DNA of 64,000 bases. Source: Bacteroidales bacterium (GTDB lineage Bacteria; Bacteroidota; Bacteroidia; Bacteroidales; JAIOZK01). A model generated the notes under the pieces. That model was not told where the DNA came from. It ran no database searches and saw only the letters and a list, made by a program, of their open reading frames with translations. The translations under genes and the position numbers were made by a program. How positions within the stretch are numbered: position 1 is the first letter of the stretch; every line of letters begins with the position of its first letter. Positions 1-9,803 of this stretch are shown here, in pieces. The stretch is from assembly GCA_021740625.1 (NCBI GenBank), contig JAIOZK010000011.1, positions 37,964 to 101,963 on the forward strand, written 5' to 3'.

Positions 1-1572
1 GTAATCTTCGATGAGATATCTCAAAAACTTCAGGCTACCAAAACAAAGAGAAACGTTTTTATCGAGGATTTTACAGAACCCATACGGAGAGAGCTCATCA
101 AACAGGGTTTTAATTGTGAGATCAAAGGCAGGCCCAAAAGCATCGCCAGCATCTGGAATAAAATGAAAAAGCAGAATCTCAAGTTTGAAGAGGTATTCGA
201 TTTGTTTGCCATCAGGATTATTTCCGACAGCAAACAAAAAAATGAAAAATCCGATTGCTGGAAAATATATTCCCTGGTAACGGATCTTTATGAGCCCAAT
301 CCAAAACGACTTCGCGACTGGATATCCACACCCAAAGCTTCCGGTTATGAGTCTCTGCATACCACTGTTAAAGGTCCGAACAATCGTTGGGTGGAAGTAC
401 AGATCAGAAGCAAACGCATGGATGAAATAGCCGAAAAAGGTCAGGCTGCCCATTGGCGATACAAGGGCTTCGGCAATAAACAGGATGTTGATACCTACAT
501 CAACCAGGTAAGGGATATTTTACAAGATCCCAAACAGATTGATTTTGACCAGGTGGCACCGGAGATCAGCAGAAACAACAATAAAGTTTATGTATTCACC
601 CCCAATGGTGACCTCAGGGAGTTGAAAAATGGCAGTACCGTGCTTGATTTTGCCTATGAAATACATACTGATATTGGCGATAAATGCACAGGAGCCAGGG
701 TGAATGGTAAAAATGTACCCATCAGGTATGTGCTGAATAACGGTGATAAGGTAGAGATCATGACTTCGAAAAATCAATCCCCGAAAATGGACTGGTTGAG
801 TTTTGTTGTCAGTAGCAAGGCCATCAGCAAGATTAAAAGGGCCATGCTGGAGGAGAAATTCCAGGGAGCTGAAGCGGGGAATGAGATCCTGCGCAGGAAA
901 TTCAGAACCTGGAAGCTTGATTTTAATGAAGAAAACATTGATAAGCTGATAAAGCATTTCAAATTCAAATCATCGATCGACCTGTATTATTCTATTGCTA
1001 CCGAAAAGCTGGATCTTCCTAAAGTAAAGGATATCCTGACCAACGGATCGGCCAAGAAAATGAAAGAGGTTGCCAGGCCCGAGCCCAAAGAAAAAAAGAC
1101 GGACACAACCGAAGAGGCACTCATCATCGATGATAAGCTAAAGAATGTAAATTATACCCTGGCAAAATGCTGTAATCCAGTCTGGGGTGATCCGGTATTC
1201 GGCTTTATCAGCATTGGCAAAGGAATCACCATCCACAGGCTGAATTGTCCCAATGCAGCAGAACTCCTGTCAAAATATAATTACAGGGTCATTGACGTAA
1301 ACTGGAAATCACGCGACGATTCTGCCTGGTATCAAACAAATATCACCATCCTTGGAGAAGATAAAATTGGTATCATGGGAGACATAGCCAATTTAATATC
1401 CAACGATTTGAAAGTAAATATGCTGGCACTTAACGTGAACACGAAAAACAAAGAATTTGTAGGCAACATTAAAGTGCAGGTGCGCAACCGCGAACATCTC
1501 AAAGAGCTGCTCAACAAACTTACACGCATCAAGGGCGTAAGATCCGCCAAAAGATCACAGAACGACAAATAA
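1..1572 (+). CDS. RelA/SpoT-family (p)ppGpp synthetase/hydrolase, 5'-truncated by the window edge
   Basis: Frame 1 is open from nt 1, so the listed Met at 163 is internal. The translation has synthetase-domain motifs (FAIRII, SGYESLHTTV, VEVQIRSKRMDEIAEKGQAAHWRYK). It also has a TGS-like segment (VYVFTPNGDLRELKNGSTVLDFAYEIHTDIGDKCTGARVNGK) and a C-terminal ACT-like segment. Confidence 0.9.
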   Translation, partial: VIFDEISQKLQATKTKRNVFIEDFTEPIRRELIKQGFNCEIKGRPKSIASIWNKMKKQNLKFEEVFDLFAIRIISDSKQKNEKSDCWKIYSLVTDLYEPNPKRLRDWISTPKASGYESLHTTVKGPNNRWVEVQIRSKRMDEIAEKGQAAHWRYKGFGNKQDVDTYINQVRDILQDPKQIDFDQVAPEISRNNNKVYVFTPNGDLRELKNGSTVLDFAYEIHTDIGDKCTGARVNGKNVPIRYVLNNGDKVEIMTSKNQSPKMDWLSFVVSSKAISKIKRAMLEEKFQGAEAGNEILRRKFRTWKLDFNEENIDKLIKHFKFKSSIDLYYSIATEKLDLPKVKDILTNGSAKKMKEVARPEPKEKKTDTTEEALIIDDKLKNVNYTLAKCCNPVWGDPVFGFISIGKGITIHRLNCPNAAELLSKYNYRVIDVNWKSRDDSAWYQTNITILGEDKIGIMGDIANLISNDLKVNMLALNVNTKNKEFVGNIKVQVRNREHLKELLNKLTRIKGVRSAKRSQNDK

Positions 1573-1585
1573 AAGGATCAGGAAA

Positions 1586-2383
1586 TTATTCCCGGATCAG
1601 CAGCTTTTCAGATTTCCGCTCACCATCTTTATCCATGACAATGAAATACATACCTGCCTGAAAATCACCCAGCGCGATCTTCCTGACCTTGGTCATGATC
1701 ACACTTGAAAAAACAGTTTTGCCGCTCAGATCGATGATGTTCAGTTGACTGCCAAGCAATTTTTGTCCGGTTTCCAGCATGATATATTCTTTTGCCGGAT
1801 TGGGATAAAAACGCATCTGCTCTGCAAATACTGTTTTGATTCCGGTTAAATGTTCCTGGTACATCATTTCCGTGGTGTAAATAACATCACCTGAATTGGT
1901 TCCGTCTCCGTTGGCAGCATTCAGTGCAGCGTAAAAATACACATTGCCAACACCCGGATCAGGTGCGGTCCAGTCAAAGGTCCAGGTTTTAAAATCTCCT
2001 GAAGGATTGATGCCTTCATCCGTGTGTGTAACCGCATGACCGTTATTGGTCAGTTGCGTTTCATTGTCTGTGGGGGTGAATTCACCTACTTTGGTCCCAG
2101 ACTCATCCTCTGCGGTCATTTCAAAACCAAAACGCCCCGGTGCCTCATGCGACCCGGTGAGCGTAACGACATAAGTGGCCCCGGGTTCATAGCCTTCTGC
2201 CGGAATGTCCAGTTCAATCCAGTCGCTCACATCAATGGGTGTTCCCGAATGGCAGTCGGTACAATTGCTAAACCCGTCTCCGGGAGAATTTGTTTTACCG
2301 CCGGGGGAGCCTGTGTGATAGGCTGTTAAAACCAACAAAAAAGGTATCAATAAAGGTAATACGTAAGGGTATAGTTTTTTCAT
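1586..2383 (-). CDS. Secreted protein with a T9SS C-terminal sorting domain and an N-terminal CXXCH motif
   Basis: A signal peptide follows MKKLYPYVLPLLIPFLLVL (the ORF also allows a start at 2407). The motif NCTDCHSG follows the signal peptide. The C-terminus (RFYPNPAKEYIML...GMYFIVM) matches the T9SS type A tail pattern. Confidence 0.7.
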   Translation of the reverse strand: MKKLYPYVLPLLIPFLLVLTAYHTGSPGGKTNSPGDGFSNCTDCHSGTPIDVSDWIELDIPAEGYEPGATYVVTLTGSHEAPGRFGFEMTAEDESGTKVGEFTPTDNETQLTNNGHAVTHTDEGINPSGDFKTWTFDWTAPDPGVGNVYFYAALNAANGDGTNSGDVIYTTEMMYQEHLTGIKTVFAEQMRFYPNPAKEYIMLETGQKLLGSQLNIIDLSGKTVFSSVIMTKVRKIALGDFQAGMYFIVMDKDGERKSEKLLIRE

Positions 2384-2606
2384 AACAACAAAGTTTTTAT
2401 TTAACATCTAAAGATACAACTATTTCAATAAGAATTCAATCTTATGCAGGAGTAATGTTTTATCTTTTACCTATGACGTACTTCGATAGCATCTCCAAAA
2501 AAAACAATAAATCGGAATTAATCAAGATTAAAAATGAACACCCAAGCATGCCAATCAACAAATATACTAATATAACAATATACTCATATATCAATATACC
2601 AGCACC

Positions 2607-4157
2607 CTAAAACGGTACATCGTCACCATCATCCATATCATCATTCATTCGGGAGGGGACTGTTCTTGTATTACCATTGGGGTAATCGAAGCCTGCAGAG
2701 GGATCATCTTCGGTGATATCAAAATCATCGGCATCAAGGTCTTCAAACTTTGCGTATTTGGCTATGAATCGCAGCGGAACATCTTTCAGGGCGCCATTTC
2801 GGTGTTTTGCTATGCTGATCTCCGCCATGCCCGTAGTGGAATTTCCTTCTTCATCCACATCGATCTTATAATATTCAGCCCTGTATATAAACAGCACAAG
2901 GTCGGCATCCTGCTCTATGGCACCGGATTCGCGAAGATCAGAGAGGATGGGTTTCTTCGACCCCCCGCGTGTTTCCACTGCACGGCTCAACTGAGATAAT
3001 GCAATGATAGGTACATTAAGCTCCTTGGCCAGACTTTTGAGAGACCTGGAAATGTTACTGATCTCCTGTTCCCGGTTTCCTTTGCTTTCGGCCGTACCTG
3101 ACATCAACTGAAGGTAGTCAATAAAAATCACGTCTATATCATGTTGTGCTTTCAGGCGGCGACATTTGGCCCGAAGTTCGAAGATGGTCAGGGCAGGGGT
3201 GTCATCGATAAAGATCTTGGAATCGACCAGATTATTGATCTTCGCGTTGAGTTGTTCCCATTCATAATTTTCAAGGTTTCCCTTGCGCAGTTTTTCTGCC
3301 GACAATTGGGTTTCACTTGAGATAAGACGTGTTACCAGCTGCACAGAGGACATCTCGAGTGAAAATACAGCAACGGATTTTTTAAATTCCACAGCGATGT
3401 TCCTTGCCATCGAAAGCGTAAAAGCGGTTTTTCCCATTCCCGGTCGGGAAGCAATGATGATGAGATCGGATTTTTGCCAACCGGAAGTTACACGGTCTAT
3501 TTCAGTAAAGCCTGAAGGAACACCCCTGAGGTGTGCCTCCTGGTCCTTTGCTGCCTGTATCTCTGTGATGGCCTCTTTTACCAGTGATTGCATATCGTCA
3601 TAATTCCTTCTCAGGTTTGTCTCACTAACGGAGAACAATCCCTGTTCGGCTTTGTCCAGCAAATCAAAAACATCTGTGGTATCTTCGTAAGCTTCTTTGA
3701 TAATTTCACTGGAGATCCTGATCAGTTCACGCTGAATAAATTTCTGTGCTATGATCCTGACATGGTATTCAACATTGGCAGCGGAAGCAATGCGGTTGGT
3801 AAGCTGTGTGATGTAATAGGGTCCTCCCACGATGTCAAGTTCTCCTGAATTTTTAAGCTCTTCCGTAACCGTAAGGATATCGACTGGTTCGGATTTTGCG
3901 AACAGTCTGGCTATGGCCTCATAAATCTTCCTGTGAGCATCTTTATAAAACACTTCCGGTTTCAATATATCGATAACGGCAGTCAGGGCATCTTTTTCAA
4001 GCATAATAGCTCCAAGTACAGCTTCCTCCAGGTCCACAGCCTGGGGAGGTACTTTCCCGTGCTCCATAAAAAACTGATTAACTGCGGGTTTCCTGCTTCG
4101 TTTTCTTTGTGTATCTTTTTGGTTTTTGGGTTCGTCCATAAAATCAAAAATAAGCAT
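2607..4157 (-). CDS. dnaB: Replicative DNA helicase DnaB
   Basis: The N-terminal DnaB domain is present (PPQAVDLEEAVLGAIML). So are Walker A (ASRPGMGKTAF), IDYLQLM, and the RecA-like C-terminal motifs (ALSQLSR, DLRESGAIEQDAD). An alternative start lies at 4139. Confidence 0.95.
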   Translation of the reverse strand: MLIFDFMDEPKNQKDTQRKRSRKPAVNQFFMEHGKVPPQAVDLEEAVLGAIMLEKDALTAVIDILKPEVFYKDAHRKIYEAIARLFAKSEPVDILTVTEELKNSGELDIVGGPYYITQLTNRIASAANVEYHVRIIAQKFIQRELIRISSEIIKEAYEDTTDVFDLLDKAEQGLFSVSETNLRRNYDDMQSLVKEAITEIQAAKDQEAHLRGVPSGFTEIDRVTSGWQKSDLIIIASRPGMGKTAFTLSMARNIAVEFKKSVAVFSLEMSSVQLVTRLISSETQLSAEKLRKGNLENYEWEQLNAKINNLVDSKIFIDDTPALTIFELRAKCRRLKAQHDIDVIFIDYLQLMSGTAESKGNREQEISNISRSLKSLAKELNVPIIALSQLSRAVETRGGSKKPILSDLRESGAIEQDADLVLFIYRAEYYKIDVDEEGNSTTGMAEISIAKHRNGALKDVPLRFIAKYAKFEDLDADDFDITEDDPSAGFDYPNGNTRTVPSRMNDDMDDGDDVPF

Positions 4158-4264
4158 TAATGTCCGGTCCGAAAACCAAAGTTGACCTTAAAAGTTATGA
4201 ACAAAATCGCATCTGATAATCAATATTATAAGTCAACAAAAATCAATATGGGATGAAATTCCAA

Positions 4265-7200
4265 TTACGAAAACACTTTACTGGAAAGCGGTAGTGTAAA
4301 ACCAAAGGTGCTGCCTTTTCCGATCTGACTTTCAACCCGGATATCACCCTTATTCATCAATACAAACTCCTTACTGAGCATAAGTCCCAGACCGGTTCCC
4401 TTTTCATGATCCGTACCTTCGGTTTTAAATTTTTCTGATATTATGAATAATTTACTGATATCTTTTTTACTGATGCCCATACCATTATCATTTATTGAAA
4501 TTTCAAGAAATTCATCTTTTTCCTGAGCTTCAATGATGACTTTTCCACCCTGTTGTGTAAATTTAATTGCATTCGAAATAAGATTTCTCAATACTGTATG
4601 GATCATATTCATATCGGCGAATACCATGTATGCCTTTTCCATTCGATTGCTGATGCTGATCTTCTTCTTCTGGGCATTGGGAATTAACAACCCAATGGTT
4701 TCGGTTGCAAGTTCATTGATATCGAAATCCGTTGGATGACAGTCGATTGAGCCGCTCTGGGCTCTTGCCCAATTCAGAAGATTATCCGTTAATTTAAGCA
4801 GTGTTTCGGAGGATGAATAAATATCGCCTATAAATTGCTTCCGTTCATCATCTGTGAGGGTATCATATTCCGAGTCCATCAGGCTGGAAAATCCAATGAT
4901 TGAGTTGAGCGGGCTTTTCAGGTCATGACCGATGATCGAAAAGAATTTATCCTTGGTGTTATTGGCATTTTTCAATTCAATGGTTTGCTCATCCACAAGC
5001 TGCTGCAATTTTTCTCTTTCCGTTTTTATGGTCTTCAGCCGAATCCAGAAAAAGGAATAGATCAACAATCCCAGAAAGGCGATCATGATGATCCTGAAAA
5101 TCCATGTTTTCCAAAAAGGAGGTGTTATGTTGATGACAAGACTTGCTCCCTGGGTATTCCAGATCTGATCATTGTTAGATCCAATGACATCCAGGGTATA
5201 TTGCCCCGGATCCAGTCCAACAAAATCAACATAACTTTTGTTCTCCAGGGAAATCCAGTCAGTTGTTCCACTTTTCAATCCCCTCAGTTTATATTTATAA
5301 TGGTTTTTTTCAGGTTTATAAAAATTCAGGGCTGCAAAACTGATTTCAAATATGGAATTTTTATGAGACAATACAATCTCCTTTTTTCCTGTTAATGATA
5401 TCTTGCCTGTATCGGAAACATTTTTTAAATCGAGATACGTGAATACCAAAGGAGGAACATAGGGATTGCTGTGAATATTTTCAGGATAGAAACGTGTAAA
5501 TCCGTTGATACCCCCAAAGATCATCTCACCATCCTTTGCCTTGTAATAAGCTCCATTGTTGAACTCATTGCCCTGCAGTCCGTCAACAACATCAAAGTTC
5601 CTGACACTTCCGCTTACAGGGTTGAATTTGCAGATGCCCATGTTGGTACTGAGCCAGAAATTATTTTCCTGATCTTCCAGCATGGCATAAACAACATTGT
5701 TCGGGAGCCCGTCTTCAACGGTAAAAGCCTCAAAGCTCAATGTTTCCGGATCAAAAAGATTGATCCCACCCTGTGAGCAAATCCAAATATTACCCTTGCT
5801 GTCCTCGTTTATGGAATTGATGTTGTTACTGCTCAGGCTGCCGGGTTCATCAGTATGTCTGTAATGCATAAAATAATCGTTCACCCCGTCAAAAACACTC
5901 ACACCGTCTACACTCGTTCCTACCCAGTATTGTCCTCTCTTGTCAATGTGTATCGCTCTTACGCTCCCTTTGCCGATGCTGTTTGCTTTTTCAGGATCGT
6001 GCAGAAACTTTACAATCTCGCCACTGTTTTTGTTTAGCTTGTTCAGCCCGTAGTATGTCCCTGCCCAGAGATAATCACCATCATCCAGCAGACAATAAAT
6101 TGAAGTACCATAAATTTTTCCTGTGAAATTTTCGTTAAGTGATTTGACAAGCTGCAGATCAAACGTGCTTTTGTAAAACCTGTAGAGCCCGGAACCTTCA
6201 TCACCCAGCCACAAAAGATCATTGTTCCTGGAATCCTCTATGATACAATAAATATTCATTCTGCTGAATATTTCCCTGGGCTGTTCCTCTTCTGGTAAAA
6301 ACAATTGAAAGGAGCCATATCCGGAGATCCAGAGGCTGTCATTTTTCTTCAATATTCCCCGCACACTAAGATATTCGCTGCACTCTTCCGATATTGTTTC
6401 CTGGTTGAAGGTGATGAACTGCTTGGCATCCCGGTCAATAAAATTGATTCCCTTACCATTCGTGCCAATCCAAATGATTCCGCTTCTGCTCTTGAAAAAT
6501 GAAATCAAACCGTTGTTTGAAAGGCTGTGCATATTTCCAGGTTCATATCTGTAATATCGCGTACGATGGCTTTGCATATCAAAAATGCACAGTCCCCAGC
6601 CCTGGGTAGCACACCAGATGGTAGAATCAACAACGAGGATATCACGGATAAAATCAGCTTCCATTTCGGGTTTTTGGATTTTCCGTGTCCTGTAATTAAT
6701 GGTTTTGTGTGTATTTAAATTAAATTTGAAAAGCCCTTTTTCATAATCACACAGCCATAAATTCCCCTGATTGTCAAAATCCAGGCCATGAATCTCAGTA
6801 ATTGAATTATCCCCAATGGCAGAATCCATTATTTCATAATTGCTAAATTCCTCCCGTTGGTAATGAAATTCGCAAAAACCTTTGTTGCGCATTGAAAGAA
6901 AGATCCTTCCATTTTCGTGAACCGCAATGTCCATGATGAGATTGCTCCCGATACTGTTTTCATTGTCCGGATCATGTTGGTAGATCTTGCTTTCTCCCGT
7001 TTTTATATTGAGCACGGTCAATCCATTGTCCTGTGTACCAATCAGCAAAATATCCCGTTTGTAAAAAGCAAGTGCATTGATGATATTTCCGGAAATTCTG
7101 AAAAGCGAATCCTGTTCATCATCAAATCTTACAAAGGTTTCTTTGTAGGGATCCATCTTATTCAATCCGCTGCCTATTGTTCCAATCCATAAGTTACCTT

Positions 7201-7495
7201 CATAATCTTCTGCAATAGTGCTGATGTGGTTTCCGGAAATACTTGATGTGTCTGTTAGAATGGTCTGGTATATATCAAAATCAATTCCGTCGTATTTATT
7301 CAGCCCGTCCTTGGTGCCAAACCACATAAAACCATGTTGATCCTGGAAGATACAATTGATAGTACCCTGCGACAATCCATCCTCATTGTCGATGCGTTCG
7401 AATCTCAGTTGTTGAGTTTGGGCAGACAAGATTCCTGAATTAAAAAATAGCAGTCCGCAAACCCAACAGATCATATATCTGACAACTCCAAGCAT
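4265..7495 (-). CDS. Sensor histidine kinase with a periplasmic two-component-regulator propeller / Y_Y_Y-type domain
   Basis: A signal peptide is followed by many beta-propeller repeats (WIGT/WFGT, GL..F/Y). One TM segment (IFRIIMIAFLGLLIYSFFWI) precedes an H-box (FFSIIGHDLKSPLN) and an HATPase_c domain (NAIKFT, DNGMGI, GTGLGL). Confidence 0.85.
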   Translation of the reverse strand: MLGVVRYMICWVCGLLFFNSGILSAQTQQLRFERIDNEDGLSQGTINCIFQDQHGFMWFGTKDGLNKYDGIDFDIYQTILTDTSSISGNHISTIAEDYEGNLWIGTIGSGLNKMDPYKETFVRFDDEQDSLFRISGNIINALAFYKRDILLIGTQDNGLTVLNIKTGESKIYQHDPDNENSIGSNLIMDIAVHENGRIFLSMRNKGFCEFHYQREEFSNYEIMDSAIGDNSITEIHGLDFDNQGNLWLCDYEKGLFKFNLNTHKTINYRTRKIQKPEMEADFIRDILVVDSTIWCATQGWGLCIFDMQSHRTRYYRYEPGNMHSLSNNGLISFFKSRSGIIWIGTNGKGINFIDRDAKQFITFNQETISEECSEYLSVRGILKKNDSLWISGYGSFQLFLPEEEQPREIFSRMNIYCIIEDSRNNDLLWLGDEGSGLYRFYKSTFDLQLVKSLNENFTGKIYGTSIYCLLDDGDYLWAGTYYGLNKLNKNSGEIVKFLHDPEKANSIGKGSVRAIHIDKRGQYWVGTSVDGVSVFDGVNDYFMHYRHTDEPGSLSSNNINSINEDSKGNIWICSQGGINLFDPETLSFEAFTVEDGLPNNVVYAMLEDQENNFWLSTNMGICKFNPVSGSVRNFDVVDGLQGNEFNNGAYYKAKDGEMIFGGINGFTRFYPENIHSNPYVPPLVFTYLDLKNVSDTGKISLTGKKEIVLSHKNSIFEISFAALNFYKPEKNHYKYKLRGLKSGTTDWISLENKSYVDFVGLDPGQYTLDVIGSNNDQIWNTQGASLVINITPPFWKTWIFRIIMIAFLGLLIYSFFWIRLKTIKTEREKLQQLVDEQTIELKNANNTKDKFFSIIGHDLKSPLNSIIGFSSLMDSEYDTLTDDERKQFIGDIYSSSETLLKLTDNLLNWARAQSGSIDCHPTDFDINELATETIGLLIPNAQKKKISISNRMEKAYMVFADMNMIHTVLRNLISNAIKFTQQGGKVIIEAQEKDEFLEISINDNGMGISKKDISKLFIISEKFKTEGTDHEKGTGLGLMLSKEFVLMNKGDIRVESQIGKGSTFGFTLPLSSKVFS

Positions 7496-7540
7496 ATTTG
7501 AAATAACAGCCAGTTTAGTAAGAAAAGCCAGAAAGGTATC

Positions 7541-8986
7541 CTATACAATATTACATTTTTTGCGAAGGAAATCAAAGAAATTTTCAAGAATCCTTAAATT
7601 CTCCTGCTGATATTCGGCAATGATCGCCCGGTTTGCAACTGATAATTTGTTGAGAAGACTGGCGGCCTCAATTTCAGAAGTTATCTTTGCACTTATTTTG
7701 TCTTTTAGAATGAACCTGGCAATCTTTTCAAGACCTGTATCTGTCTTTAATCCCGGCCTAAAAAAATGAAAATCCCTAATGAAGTCCGAAATATCATAAT
7801 AGCGAAAAGCGCTAATGTCCTTGCCTGGCTGTTGCGTTTTAAGAATATGGGCTATGATTTCATTTATCCCGGGCTGCTTAAATATGATGAAGTCTTTTTT
7901 CAAATCATTCAGAAGTTTTAAATGATCTGTCAGGCTTACAAACGGGTCATCCTGAGCTTCGAATAACTCAGCGACTGCTTTCTTCTCCCCATCAGATTCA
8001 AATGCATATGCGATTCCAAAAGGTATGGCCTGGTATGGTTGGGTGTTTTCAAATTCAGGTATGGCAGGTCTTCTGAGCAGGATATGCAAGAATCCCCGAT
8101 CAGGATTTATTTTTGCTATTTTCTTTTTAATATGAGCACAATCGAGGTAGAAAGATTGTTCAAGTATACTTTTGAGTTTTTCAATACTTTCCGCTGTTTT
8201 AAGATCCTCCTTGCTGAGATCTGCCAGATTGGCCTTCCCGGCTGTGTATAATTGCATCCTCTCCTCGAAACTTAAAAAATGGAGATCAAATACCGATATA
8301 TCCGGCAAATGTTTCCAGCAATGCCCTGTAAAATCACATGGGTAGGGATGTATGCAATGTTCTCCGATGTCGATTTTGGGGGAGTGTTTCAGCAGCAAAG
8401 TTTCTTTTTCCTTTTCAATTTGACTGCTAACGTAATGCTGTTTCCCGAGTATTTCTTCAAGAACCGGTTTAAATATAAAAAGCTTGTCAAGCGCTAATTC
8501 ACCTTTGCGCACATAATTCTGATCAATATAGATGATTTCAAAATCAAGCGGTTTGAATCCTGCGTTCGACATAACATAATATTGCAGGGCTGCATCAAGC
8601 AGGTAAGTCTGGGATATAGCCTTTGAGCTTTTTACCTCATAGGCATATAACTTTCCATCTTTGATTTCCAGTACATCGAGCATGATCAGCACCCGGTTGA
8701 ATTGAAATGTGGCTTCATAGATGATCCCGTTCTTTTCAGAAATGATATACTCAGATGTTTTTTCAACTGCTTTTTGGTATTGTGACGGGGCCTTGGGCTT
8801 CATGTCAATACCTCCCGGAAAAAGTTGCCGGGCCAGAAATCCCACATCATGCCCCCTGGAGAATTTGGCCCTTTGCTCTGCAGACAAAGGATCACGCAAG
8901 AATGGTCTTTTTTTATGCAGGTACAAGGACTTGAGACACTGACTTCCCCTGATAAAGGTCGATTTGGAAAGAAGGTGTTTTTCCAT
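7541..8986 (-). CDS. DUF2779-like protein (predicted RecB/Cas4-type nuclease fold)
   Basis: The N-terminus LSKSTFIRGSQCLKSLYLHK is typical of this family. It also has a Cys-rich segment (CIHPYPCDFTGHCW). This is family recall only. Confidence 0.6.
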   Translation of the reverse strand: MEKHLLSKSTFIRGSQCLKSLYLHKKRPFLRDPLSAEQRAKFSRGHDVGFLARQLFPGGIDMKPKAPSQYQKAVEKTSEYIISEKNGIIYEATFQFNRVLIMLDVLEIKDGKLYAYEVKSSKAISQTYLLDAALQYYVMSNAGFKPLDFEIIYIDQNYVRKGELALDKLFIFKPVLEEILGKQHYVSSQIEKEKETLLLKHSPKIDIGEHCIHPYPCDFTGHCWKHLPDISVFDLHFLSFEERMQLYTAGKANLADLSKEDLKTAESIEKLKSILEQSFYLDCAHIKKKIAKINPDRGFLHILLRRPAIPEFENTQPYQAIPFGIAYAFESDGEKKAVAELFEAQDDPFVSLTDHLKLLNDLKKDFIIFKQPGINEIIAHILKTQQPGKDISAFRYYDISDFIRDFHFFRPGLKTDTGLEKIARFILKDKISAKITSEIEAASLLNKLSVANRAIIAEYQQENLRILENFFDFLRKKCNIV

Positions 8987-8996
8987 GCAGGCAAAT

Positions 8997-9746
8997 TTAA
9001 AGCTTTTTCAATGGTATGCTCTCAATGATCATGCGGTCACTGTCGAAAAGCATAAATCCACTTTCTCTTTTCCCAGAAGTGATGCAGGGGCCGTCTACCC
9101 AGCAGGGAAAGTTTTCAATCTTATATTTTCCAAAACCAAATTCCTGCATTGATTCTCCGGAAATGAACAAACATCCCTCCACGTGCCGGTGACCGGAAAA
9201 GCTGAGCATGCTGTCATGATTCTGCATAAAATCAAAGTGATCCTGCAACTCCTCGGCAAAACTGATGAATCTTGACCTGAAACCCGTCAGATCAGGACAA
9301 GGATAATGGGAAAATATATAGGTACGGTCTTCATCGCGCAGCAAATCAAATTCATTCAGATTTCTTAAAAAATCTTTATGTTCTTTCTCCAGATCATGAT
9401 CCGAATCATCGTAAGTCCATAAGCCTCCACTGCACAATTCGAATTGTTTTTCTTCTGAAAGATCAAACCAACAATCGGGCAGGCCCATTTCCTGTATGTT
9501 TTCCGGAAACCTCTTGATGGCAGCCATGTCATGATTTCCCGCAACACAAACATTACTTTGTTCCTGGATCATTTCAACACAAACACTGGCATTCCTGCTG
9601 TGATCCGATTCAAAATATTTTTTGGTATATCCCACAATATCACCCAGGCATACAATGCTTTCAGCCCCTACTTTGTCAATATGGTTGAGGGCTTTTACCA
9701 GGTTTTCTGCATCTTCATGTATATCGCTGATAATGGCAATGAGCAT
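8997..9746 (-). CDS. Metallophosphoesterase (calcineurin-like)
   Basis: The motifs ISDIHED, LGDIVGY, GNHD and GHRH occur in canonical order. Confidence 0.8.
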   Translation of the reverse strand: MLIAIISDIHEDAENLVKALNHIDKVGAESIVCLGDIVGYTKKYFESDHSRNASVCVEMIQEQSNVCVAGNHDMAAIKRFPENIQEMGLPDCWFDLSEEKQFELCSGGLWTYDDSDHDLEKEHKDFLRNLNEFDLLRDEDRTYIFSHYPCPDLTGFRSRFISFAEELQDHFDFMQNHDSMLSFSGHRHVEGCLFISGESMQEFGFGKYKIENFPCWVDGPCITSGKRESGFMLFDSDRMIIESIPLKKL

Positions 9747-9803
9747 AATGGATAAAAATAGGAAAAAAGCCTGAAGGGCCAGGCTTTTTTTCCTATTTTT
9801 ATT

